From a virus (Duplodnaviria > Caudoviricetes), in IMG/VR virus record IMGVR_UViG_3300029288_000129, positions 25,810 through 89,809 of that record: a stretch of 64,000 bases of DNA; one strand, 5' to 3'. Below are positions 45,837 through 54,247 of this stretch, one piece after another. Positions within the stretch are counted from its first letter, which is position 1; each line of letters opens with the position of its first letter. Position numbers and translations under genes: made by a program. The notes beneath the pieces are model-generated. The model had not been told where the DNA came from. It searched no databases and worked only from the letters and a program-made list of their open reading frames with translations.

Positions 45837-47869
45837 TTTTTGTATCCCGGAGTCACCACATTGCCGTATTGGTTCGCCTTTGACAGTCCTCTGTATTTTT
45901 CAAAATTTGCCGTGTATTCTTCCTTGAAGAGAATGCCCGCTCTCTGCAATTCGTCTGAAAGAATTCTTCTTATTTTTTCGACATCGCCGCCGTCTACATT
46001 TATGGTGATGCCCATTTTCCCCGCGCTTTTCGAGAGTTTGTCAACATCCCCGCTTGACAACATGTCGGTTGCTATAGACTGTAGGTTCTGTGCGCTGGTC
46101 CCAGCCGCCAATTCTTTACCATATATTTTTGCAAGCGATTCAAAGTCGCCAGAAGATATGGCCTTTTGCATCTGGCTTTGTGCCGACCCAACCCCATACA
46201 TCTTTTCTGCAACATAATTGATGAAGGTGTCTTTTATGACCCCAAGTTTCTCGTCTACCGTGGTCAGTTTTGAGGTAGATGTCTGGAGTTCCCTCAACTG
46301 CGCATCGGTCGGAGCCGCTGTGCCGGTAGGCAACGGCTTCCCGGCCGCGTCAAGTATTTGGCCCCGCGCAAAGGCTCCCTGCGGAGTCGCCATGCCGAAC
46401 AGCCCCCTAAACCTCTCGGACCACGCTTCGGCTCCATACGCGGTGCCGCCACGAGCCATATACATTGCGCTGGCAACACGCCCCGCCTCATCACGCATAA
46501 ATGCGGCAGCGGTCTTGTCGGTGAGCCCCGTCGCCTGTGTGAGTCGAGCATCAGGCGCACCCTCTATAAGTTTCTGCATCAGGTACGAATACTGCACCGG
46601 ATCGCCGCCCGACAGTTCGCGTACCGCCGACTCAACATCTTGCCCCCGTGCGCTTCCATATTGCTGCACGGCGCGTCCAAAGAACAACCGTTGTCCCTCC
46701 GTCGCATCTTTCATGCCCTTCGCATAGTCTATGATGTCGCTGAGGCTCATTCTACCGGCCTTTATCGCCTCGGCGAACCGGATGTTGAGGCCCACCACAT
46801 TTTCGATGCTGTAGCCCATCGTGGCGAGACTCTGGTAGGTGCTCTTGATGTTGTTGATCAGGTATCCTTTCTCAAGGTTCATTTCGCGCTCGGTCGCATA
46901 GATGCGATCCGCGATTTGCATCGCCCGATCTTTTTGTGAAATATCCATCTGGTTGGTGCGGGTCAGGTCTGCCACGGTGTCCTGATACTCGCGCAGCGCG
47001 ACTCCTGCGGCTCGGGCATGAACCGTCATTTCGGCCACGCTTTCTCGCATAGTCCCGGCATCGGACAATGATTCGCCGAGCCTACGAGCATTTACGATCA
47101 TGGCCTCCGAGAATTGTTCCGCCGAGACTCCGGCCGCGATAAAGAAGCGGTCGGTTTCCGCCATGTTCTGCGCGAGCCGCAACTGCTGTGTCTGGAAGTC
47201 GCCGGTGCCGATGCCGCCTTGCGCCGACAACGCAGTCTGCTGGTTCTGCCTCAAATTCTTATTCATGTTCATCGCTTCTTCTTTGATGCCGCCCCACAGA
47301 GCCTTCACGGCATCCAGAGCCATGCTGATAGCCATGATGCCGCCGCTCAGCGCGAGGCCCTTCATGGACATATCGCTTTTCAGAAAATGATCTTTGAGTT
47401 GAGACAGTATCCCCTTGTCGCCGCTTTGTTCCGGCACTTCGTACCCGAGGCTTTTTATCCGAGCGCGAGTCTCTGCCTGTTCGTTTGCGTACTGCGCCGT
47501 CAATATCTCGCGCTCTTTCTTCAACTGCTCTTCGTTCAGTTTTAGCCCTTCTTTGCGTAGCCGAAGTTCGTTTTCGATACTTTCATTGACCTGTCGATAC
47601 TGCCGAAGCAATTTAGAAAGTTCTTGGCTATTGTCTTTTTGTGTCGCCACTTCTTTCTTGGCCTCTTCGGCAACCGACTTTATTGATCTTGCAAACTCTA
47701 ACTGAAGTGCCGACTCTTCTGCGATTCGACCCGATGCCTGACCTGCCGCGACCGGATTCTGCGCGATGGTGTTGGTGGCAAACCCCTGTAGGTCGCGTGT
47801 AAGGTTTCCGATATTGTTGTTTAACGCCTCGATGGCGCGGGTCAACTCTCTGGCTTCGGCGTTTTCCAT
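45833..47869 (-). CDS. Tape measure protein
   Basis: About 678 aa, Ala/Gln-rich, helical, short hydrophobic patch LALSGGIMAISMAL; located among tail genes. Confidence 0.7.
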   Translation of the reverse strand: MENAEARELTRAIEALNNNIGNLTRDLQGFATNTIAQNPVAAGQASGRIAEESALQLEFARSIKSVAEEAKKEVATQKDNSQELSKLLRQYRQVNESIENELRLRKEGLKLNEEQLKKEREILTAQYANEQAETRARIKSLGYEVPEQSGDKGILSQLKDHFLKSDMSMKGLALSGGIMAISMALDAVKALWGGIKEEAMNMNKNLRQNQQTALSAQGGIGTGDFQTQQLRLAQNMAETDRFFIAAGVSAEQFSEAMIVNARRLGESLSDAGTMRESVAEMTVHARAAGVALREYQDTVADLTRTNQMDISQKDRAMQIADRIYATEREMNLEKGYLINNIKSTYQSLATMGYSIENVVGLNIRFAEAIKAGRMSLSDIIDYAKGMKDATEGQRLFFGRAVQQYGSARGQDVESAVRELSGGDPVQYSYLMQKLIEGAPDARLTQATGLTDKTAAAFMRDEAGRVASAMYMARGGTAYGAEAWSERFRGLFGMATPQGAFARGQILDAAGKPLPTGTAAPTDAQLRELQTSTSKLTTVDEKLGVIKDTFINYVAEKMYGVGSAQSQMQKAISSGDFESLAKIYGKELAAGTSAQNLQSIATDMLSSGDVDKLSKSAGKMGITINVDGGDVEKIRRILSDELQRAGILFKEEYTANFEKYRGLSKANQYGNVVTPGYKK

Positions 47870-50721
47870 CAAGCGTAGACCACTTCAGTAAAGTGTACGC
47901 TGCCGACCCATCGTATTGTGGTGGCCGCGATTCCTGTCGCCACTATTTCCAAGTTGTTCCCACTCACCGACACCGTTATGTCACATGCGGCAAGAGAAAC
48001 ATCTTCGTATTCTGTTGTTACTGTTGCCGGAGTGGGAAGATTCGCGGCGGCGGCCCCTACTCTTCCGACAAGACCGGTGACCCGGTATGCACCACCTAAG
48101 CCATTCGCCGTATTGACCATAACGATCTCTGCGGTGAACCGGAAAAGGCTGCTGGCGGGCAGGATCATTTCTTCAGTCGCATTTATTCTCATCTTGGTCG
48201 GAGTAGCGTCGGCTGTCGCTACCCGAATGACAATTCGTTCGTATTGAGCATCGCCGGTTGCTCCGAAAATGCCTTCGGCAGAGGCATGAGAACCCTGCCA
48301 GTTATTTTTGGAATATGCGCCTTCGGCATGAGCGTGTGGTTTTGAGTTTGTAGTTGTGTTTGATCCCTCGGAGTGACTTGCCAATCCCGATGCGGTTGTG
48401 TATTCTCCCTCCGCGTGACCAATCGCTCCAGATGCGTTGCAGCCATCTCCTTCGGCATGAGCGGCAACGCCGGACGCAGTAGTGTCTTGGCCCTCCGAAT
48501 GAGCATTGTTGCCCGAAGCCGTTGTGCCGGACCCTTCGCTGTGAGAGTAGTCTCCGCTTGCGGTGGTCTGATGTCCCTCTGCGTGCGAGGCGGTGCCGAG
48601 TGCTTTTGTGGCATCTCCCTCCGAGTGAGCATAAGACCCGTATTCAAGATCAACGATGGAACAGTTTGTGTTGTCGCCAATTCCTATGGTAAGGTCAAAA
48701 GTGGTGTTTGCGCCGCCGAATACCGGTGCGCTTGCAATAGTGTCTTGGTGCGGCAACATAGCGGTTCCGCCCGTTATGTTAAACAACAGAACGGTGTCTC
48801 CGTTGTTAAATCTCCCCGTTGCGTCACCCGCTATAGTTACCGTAAACCCCGGACCGGCACCAACGGTACAAGAGTCGGGGCTGTAGCATGTCTGAGAACC
48901 CTCTCCCTCGGCGTGTGAAGCAAAGCCACCGGCGAGAGTATCCGACCCTTCAGAGTGAGATTTTTCGTGATAAGCGGCTCCTCCTCCTTCTCCGTGTGCC
49001 TCGTCTCCGTATGCTGTGGCCACACCTTCCGCGTGTGCGTTTTCTCCAAAACTATCTGCGTGTCCCTCCGAGTGCGAATAGTCGCCGTATGCATCGCTGT
49101 CTCCTTCCGCGTGAGATGCGCGGCCATAGGCATCAGACCTATCTCCTTCCGCATGAGAATAGTTTCCAATTGATCGGCAAGTAAATCCTTCCGCGTGGCT
49201 TGCCGTACCGGACGCAGTTCCAGAATCTCCTTCGCAATGGCTATATGCTCCGGTCGCAGAGCCGTTGCTTCCCTCCACATGAGATGCGTTGCCAAGCGCA
49301 GTACCTCCATCGCCTTCCGAATGTGCTGCTTGCCCTATCGCATTTGTACCATCGCCTTCGGCGTGGGCATAAGTGCCTTTGCTGACACTCACGATAACGC
49401 CGGTTAGGTTTTTTAAGGTTGCCGCCAATGTAACATTGAATGTGGTGTTGGCTCCACCGAACGCGGGCACCGTTATAATTGCACCACCTCCGCCTTCGTC
49501 AACATAAATTCCAGAACGATGCAAAAACACAACCGTATCGCCACTGGTAAATTCCGCCGTCACATCGCCCGCGATAGTAATCGCATAGGTAGTCCCAGCG
49601 ACCAATGCGGCTAAACACGATTGTTCCGCATATCCGGTCCTACATGAATTTCCTTGCGACATACTGCCTGATCCCGCAGCGGAGCATCCGTTTCCGACAC
49701 AAGACGATCTGGTTCCGTAGGCTCGCAACGATTTCCCAAATGTCGAAGAGTTTTGCCCCACCGATTCATTGAGGTATCCGAGCGATGCAGACCATTCGCC
49801 TAGAGCCTGCGAACTTTCTCCATGAACAAGCGATGCTTCGCCAATGCTCCGTGTTCCCTTGCCGCCCGCGTTGGAATACGCACCTATCGCGTGCGTGGTG
49901 CCGTGTCCGTGCGCACGAGCGTATCTGCCCATATAGACATCGACTATGTACGCATTTGTCACGGCTCCATACGATAACGCTGCGGTCAGCGTAAAGGTTG
50001 TATCGACGGCAAAAGAAGGTTCTGTTGCATCTATTCGCGCCACCTCTGTAAGCGGTGTTCCGTCTATCGCGAATACCAACACATAGTCGTTTGCGGAAAA
50101 TTCAGTCGTGACATCAACGCCAGCGATTGTTACCACGCCCGCCGCGTCGATAGAGCATGCTTGCGGCGACCATCCAGTGTGCGCCGAACCCTCGGCAACC
50201 GAATACCGTCCCGCCGCCGAGGCGCTGGATCCTCTGGCAGAAGATCCCTCGCCGTATGCCTTGGTCACATATCCCTGCGACTCGGTATGCTCACCGATGG
50301 CTTCGCATGTTGCCAACGGCCCGACCCGCAATGTGTCCAAAGCGGGATGCGTATCCACTACCGTTCCGATAGGCGTGTAATCGATCTGAAACGAATCGTC
50401 GAGGGTGTCCACCCCGTTGCAGAAGAAAATGATGCCATATTCGTATGCGATGCTGACCTCTTTGTCCGCAGGGGTCTCGGACGGATATCCGGCGATAATG
50501 CTATATGCGCCGGTATTGTTTCCAGTCACGGTAACCGCTTGCGTCTTGTTGATACCTTCCTGTAGGTAGATCGCTTTCCATGGATTAAGTGCTGTGTCTA
50601 AACCATGTACTGGGTCTCCAGAGCCGGTGTCTATTTTTACCTCAGGAACGAGGTCTATTTCCACAATCGGTGTTGCCGCCGCATACGCGCCGGAAGGATC
50701 AATTCTTATCGCCGGTATCAC
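47869..50721 (-). CDS. Tail/head fibre with YadA-head-like (S/A)HAEG repeats
   Basis: Many 14-aa-period repeats (A.G.ASHAEG..T). Start likely GTG 50721 after GGGAGG. Confidence 0.8.
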   Translation of the reverse strand: MIPAIRIDPSGAYAAATPIVEIDLVPEVKIDTGSGDPVHGLDTALNPWKAIYLQEGINKTQAVTVTGNNTGAYSIIAGYPSETPADKEVSIAYEYGIIFFCNGVDTLDDSFQIDYTPIGTVVDTHPALDTLRVGPLATCEAIGEHTESQGYVTKAYGEGSSARGSSASAAGRYSVAEGSAHTGWSPQACSIDAAGVVTIAGVDVTTEFSANDYVLVFAIDGTPLTEVARIDATEPSFAVDTTFTLTAALSYGAVTNAYIVDVYMGRYARAHGHGTTHAIGAYSNAGGKGTRSIGEASLVHGESSQALGEWSASLGYLNESVGQNSSTFGKSLRAYGTRSSCVGNGCSAAGSGSMSQGNSCRTGYAEQSCLAALVAGTTYAITIAGDVTAEFTSGDTVVFLHRSGIYVDEGGGGAIITVPAFGGANTTFNVTLAATLKNLTGVIVSVSKGTYAHAEGDGTNAIGQAAHSEGDGGTALGNASHVEGSNGSATGAYSHCEGDSGTASGTASHAEGFTCRSIGNYSHAEGDRSDAYGRASHAEGDSDAYGDYSHSEGHADSFGENAHAEGVATAYGDEAHGEGGGAAYHEKSHSEGSDTLAGGFASHAEGEGSQTCYSPDSCTVGAGPGFTVTIAGDATGRFNNGDTVLLFNITGGTAMLPHQDTIASAPVFGGANTTFDLTIGIGDNTNCSIVDLEYGSYAHSEGDATKALGTASHAEGHQTTASGDYSHSEGSGTTASGNNAHSEGQDTTASGVAAHAEGDGCNASGAIGHAEGEYTTASGLASHSEGSNTTTNSKPHAHAEGAYSKNNWQGSHASAEGIFGATGDAQYERIVIRVATADATPTKMRINATEEMILPASSLFRFTAEIVMVNTANGLGGAYRVTGLVGRVGAAAANLPTPATVTTEYEDVSLAACDITVSVSGNNLEIVATGIAATTIRWVGSVHFTEVVYA

Positions 50722-50749
50722 AGCAGACCTCCCATGAAAAAGACCTGTC

Positions 50750-50778
50750 AAAAGGGGGAGGGACTAAGCCCTCCCCCC
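50750..50778 (-). terminator. Rho-independent terminator
   Basis: Minus strand GGGGGAGGG-CTTAGT-CCCTCCCCC-TTTTG. Confidence 0.85.
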
Positions 50779-50805
50779 GAGAATAGCCGAACCCTATCCT
50801 ATGGA

Positions 50806-51579
50806 TTAGGTCCAAGTGATCGCGCCGCTGGTCCACTTCTTGCCGTTGGCGAAAACATTCAGGTAGAATGTCGCGCCGATGTTGTGGGTCATCGTCACGG
50901 TGAGAAGACCCGCAGCCGTGGTCATCGCGGTGAACGACCGCAGAGCCGTATGCTGCTGAACCAGCGTACCCGCCGTGGCCGAAAACGCGGTGCCCAGCGA
51001 GGCCGGGGTTTCACCGTTGGCATCCGACGAGGCGTAGATGAACGCATTGCCCCGCTCCGCAATCGCCGCGCCTTCGCTGTCCTTAAAGGTCAGCGTGGTA
51101 ACGATGGGGTTGGTGGCGGCAACGCTCGCGCCGATCTGGAAATCGACATCGCTGAACACACTGGCAAGTTGCTCATCGTACTTCGTGATGCCTTCCAGCG
51201 TGAAGAACACATCGACGGTGTACGCCGCCGTGGTCTGCTTGCACTGGAGGGTCAGGATCACCTTGTCAGCCGCCTTGATAAGCGCGTGGGTGTGGCTGAA
51301 GGTGAAGTTGGTGTTGGTGTACGCGCCGAGCGCACCGGTCGTGGTGGTGCCGAGCAGCCGATCCTTGTTGTAGAAGTCGGCCTTGAATACCGAGTTGGCG
51401 GGCATCGTGCCGGTCACTTTGCAGAGAACCTTGCCATAGTCCGCTATCGGGCCACTGGTCAGGTCGAAAACGGGACTGGTCGTCATAGCCGGGAACTCGA
51501 TGGACAGGTCGGTGGTACTGGCACCGGCCGGGATAACCTGTTTCAGGAAATCCTTTCTGGTGAGCGGGTTGGTGATCAT
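50806..51579 (-). CDS. Beta-rich Thr/Ala-rich structural protein, monocistronic
   Basis: 257 aa, RBS AGGAG, own promoter and terminator, capsid-like codon bias. Confidence 0.75.
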   Translation of the reverse strand: MITNPLTRKDFLKQVIPAGASTTDLSIEFPAMTTSPVFDLTSGPIADYGKVLCKVTGTMPANSVFKADFYNKDRLLGTTTTGALGAYTNTNFTFSHTHALIKAADKVILTLQCKQTTAAYTVDVFFTLEGITKYDEQLASVFSDVDFQIGASVAATNPIVTTLTFKDSEGAAIAERGNAFIYASSDANGETPASLGTAFSATAGTLVQQHTALRSFTAMTTAAGLLTVTMTHNIGATFYLNVFANGKKWTSGAITWT

Positions 51580-51623
51580 GCCTTTCTCCTTGACATCATG
51601 TTAATAAGCCATGCTCAAAACAT

Positions 51624-51690
51624 ATTTTACGAAAGCGTCTTTGCTTGTCAACTTTCCCCGTATTTTCAAATACTTGCGAAAATTTTGATA
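51624..51690 (-). promoter_or_regulatory. Late-type promoter with upstream 17-bp palindrome
   Basis: TTGACA (51651-46), 16 nt, TAAAAT (51629-24). TTGCGAAAATTTTGATA at 51674-51690. Confidence 0.78.
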
Positions 51691-51693
51691 TTT

Positions 51694-52431
51694 TCATAGT
51701 GTTGCCATAGTGAATCGTACCGGATAGTAGTCTTGTATGCTCACCAGCGTGAATTCCTGTCCGATCAGTTCGTTGCCGAGCCTCTGGTCGCTTGTCTTTT
51801 GTATAAAGTACCTCTCGCCACTCCCGCGTTCCAACACATCATTGTCTTGTAAATACGGGAATGGGCCAGCGAAACAATTCGTGTATTCTCGCTGGTTCAT
51901 GGTCCCCGCTGCCTCTTTCTGATACCGCACGGTCTCTGCGTCCGGTATAACGGCTCGACTCCGTAGGCCCAGATGGCTCGCCACCACTCCGGTGCCACCA
52001 CAGACCGTGCATCCTGGATTCGAGTTCTCGAACGCCTCGTTGTAGCAGGAACACGGTTCTTCGCTTTGCCTCAAATAGAGAATGACTTCACCGGCCAACG
52101 AGAGCCGCCGATTCCGTTGCTCCAATACCTTTACCGTTTCTTGCCGTAACAGCAGGCTTTGATTCGTCGTGCCGCCCCGCAACGGCTTGGTGTCAACTAT
52201 CACTTCCTCGCCGCTCGGCCTCGTGCCGATCAAATAGATGTCCGCGATGTCGTTGGTGCTGAAACTGTATCGGAACAAAAGGTTGGGGCCCGGAACGCCG
52301 CTATACAGGCTGATGCCTCGTCGGTAATCGCCGCGTGCCAACACAACGGACAGCGTGGTATAGTCGGTCAGCGGTGCCTTGCATAGCACCTGCATCCGCG
52401 AGTTCTGTCGATCAACAAAGACTTCCATCAT
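51694..52431 (-). CDS. Head-tail connector/neck protein with Zn-finger-like insert
   Basis: ILYLRQ..PCSCYN...GCTVCGGTG...DNDVLERGSGERYFIQ...IGQEFTL. Confidence 0.6.
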   Translation of the reverse strand: MMEVFVDRQNSRMQVLCKAPLTDYTTLSVVLARGDYRRGISLYSGVPGPNLLFRYSFSTNDIADIYLIGTRPSGEEVIVDTKPLRGGTTNQSLLLRQETVKVLEQRNRRLSLAGEVILYLRQSEEPCSCYNEAFENSNPGCTVCGGTGVVASHLGLRSRAVIPDAETVRYQKEAAGTMNQREYTNCFAGPFPYLQDNDVLERGSGERYFIQKTSDQRLGNELIGQEFTLVSIQDYYPVRFTMATL

Positions 52432-53447
52432 AACACCACGAATTCGCGCCGTACCGGAACCGAGAAAGAGTTGTATTCGATGATAAAGTTTTCGGGCAGA
52501 GTGGATTGCGTCAGCGAGATCACTCCATTCTCGTCCGCACTTCCTGTAAATAATGTGATCCCGCTTATGCTCATCACGCTGTAGGCACAGTACGGCAACA
52601 CGGCTCCGTTTTTGTCCCGGACAATGCGCACGAAGGCGTTTTGTTTCAGGTTGAGATCGGCAATGAGGTTGTCGTCGCCCGTCGATGGTCCATAGGTGTC
52701 GCCGCCATATTCCATAAACGCAGTTTCGTCGTCGCTGTCAATGATGGCCGTAACGATGTCGCCACTGTACCAATAAAACGATTCCCCCGATATTTCATTT
52801 GTGCCGCTGACCGTAACAGACTGTGTGCCGATAACGGTGTCTCCACTGTTTAGGAACGAAAGCGTGATGGCTCCCGGCGTGGCTATTGCAGCCATTTCAA
52901 CGATAAGCCACGAGTCGTCAACATTCACGATGTCGAGTTCGTTGCTCTCGCTATCCACGACACGAGCCACGCTGTTCATGCCGGTGCCCTCTATGGCGAC
53001 GAGTTGGCCGCCCAGAGAGTGTAAGGAGTTGTTCCACGCCGCGCCGATGGCAAACGATCCGGCGGTGCGGGTCACATCGCGTGCCGTCACCGAAATGTCG
53101 GTATCGGTGACCCCATCGGTGATCGAAAGAGTCTGAGCCAGCGTTTCCGAATCGTATTGCACCGGTATCAGCACGATGCGGTTGGCCAACACGGTGGCCC
53201 GTTGCCACACGCCGCTCCACGAATATCCCACCGTTGCGGGAATAGCGGCGGACCCGCTTTTTAAGACCACATACGATTGCTGGCCCAGCGGGACGCTGGC
53301 GGGACTCTGCGTCAGCGATGACCAGTTGCCGTCTTTCGGGGCCACGGTTTCGTCCGCGACCACAGCATAGATTCCGCCGAGGCCGGAAACTTTGAGAGAC
53401 GCGGTGCCCGCACTCGCGAATCCGGGTATAACAAAATTGTGCCTCAT
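52428..53447 (-). CDS. Beta-rich structural protein
   Basis: 339 aa, Ser/Thr/Val-rich, Ig-like character. Confidence 0.65.
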   Translation of the reverse strand: MRHNFVIPGFASAGTASLKVSGLGGIYAVVADETVAPKDGNWSSLTQSPASVPLGQQSYVVLKSGSAAIPATVGYSWSGVWQRATVLANRIVLIPVQYDSETLAQTLSITDGVTDTDISVTARDVTRTAGSFAIGAAWNNSLHSLGGQLVAIEGTGMNSVARVVDSESNELDIVNVDDSWLIVEMAAIATPGAITLSFLNSGDTVIGTQSVTVSGTNEISGESFYWYSGDIVTAIIDSDDETAFMEYGGDTYGPSTGDDNLIADLNLKQNAFVRIVRDKNGAVLPYCAYSVMSISGITLFTGSADENGVISLTQSTLPENFIIEYNSFSVPVRREFVVL

Positions 53448-54238
53448 GTCGCGCCTCCCTCATCTAGTTCTTTGATATATTGCAACAGTTCTGTCGGGTC
53501 TTGCGTCCTGCGATACCGCATGAAGATGTCGGGCCTTTCCAGTTGCATCTTGTCCAGCAACAGTTTGCTTTGAGGATCCTTTTCCTTCAGTATCTCGATC
53601 CACTTCTTTTCGAGATCGCTCGGCTCTTTCTTCGGTGGCTCCTGCGGCTTCGGGTCGTCGTTGTTCCAGTTCTCGCGATCACGGTTGGCCAACAGGTATT
53701 TCCCGGCCACCATGTCCGGCAAATGAATCTTGTGTTTTCGTATCTCTTCGTATGGCACCGTGATATATTCTTCGGCTCCCGGAACTTTCCCAAAGTCGGG
53801 GTTCTTTTTGATCTGGTACTTTACATCCTTCTCGATCACGGTGGTCTGCTTTGTTGCGCGATCAATCATTGATTCGGTGACGCGGCCCAACACGGCTCGC
53901 GTCCCGCTTTCCGTAGCCTTTGCAAAATCAGGATGTTTCTTCAACCACTCGTACCATGTCTCTTCGTTGATGCCGAGTTCCGCCGCCATCTCCGCAATCG
54001 TTTTGTTTCCTACCGCGACCATGTACAGGACTTGATGCGGGATCGTCGAGTTGTATTTGTCCGGCACCGGAGGTTTTGCCGCAAACGCCTCCTCTATCTC
54101 GGGATGCTTCTTGGCCAGATCGTAGAGGGCGCGTACCGTTATCTTGAGCCCCCGCGCTATCTGCGCTCGTGTCTTTCCCGCCTCGACTGCGGCGCGTATG
54201 CGTTGGAGCGTTGCGGGGCCATATCGTAACTTTGCCAT
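53444..54238 (-). CDS. Terminase small subunit-like HTH protein
   Basis: Two HTH segments; PDKYN...IAEMAAELGINEETWYEWLKKHPDFAKA...PDMVAGKYLLANRDRENW. Confidence 0.7.
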   Translation of the reverse strand: MAKLRYGPATLQRIRAAVEAGKTRAQIARGLKITVRALYDLAKKHPEIEEAFAAKPPVPDKYNSTIPHQVLYMVAVGNKTIAEMAAELGINEETWYEWLKKHPDFAKATESGTRAVLGRVTESMIDRATKQTTVIEKDVKYQIKKNPDFGKVPGAEEYITVPYEEIRKHKIHLPDMVAGKYLLANRDRENWNNDDPKPQEPPKKEPSDLEKKWIEILKEKDPQSKLLLDKMQLERPDIFMRYRRTQDPTELLQYIKELDEGGAT

Positions 54239-54247
54239 CCTCGCCTC

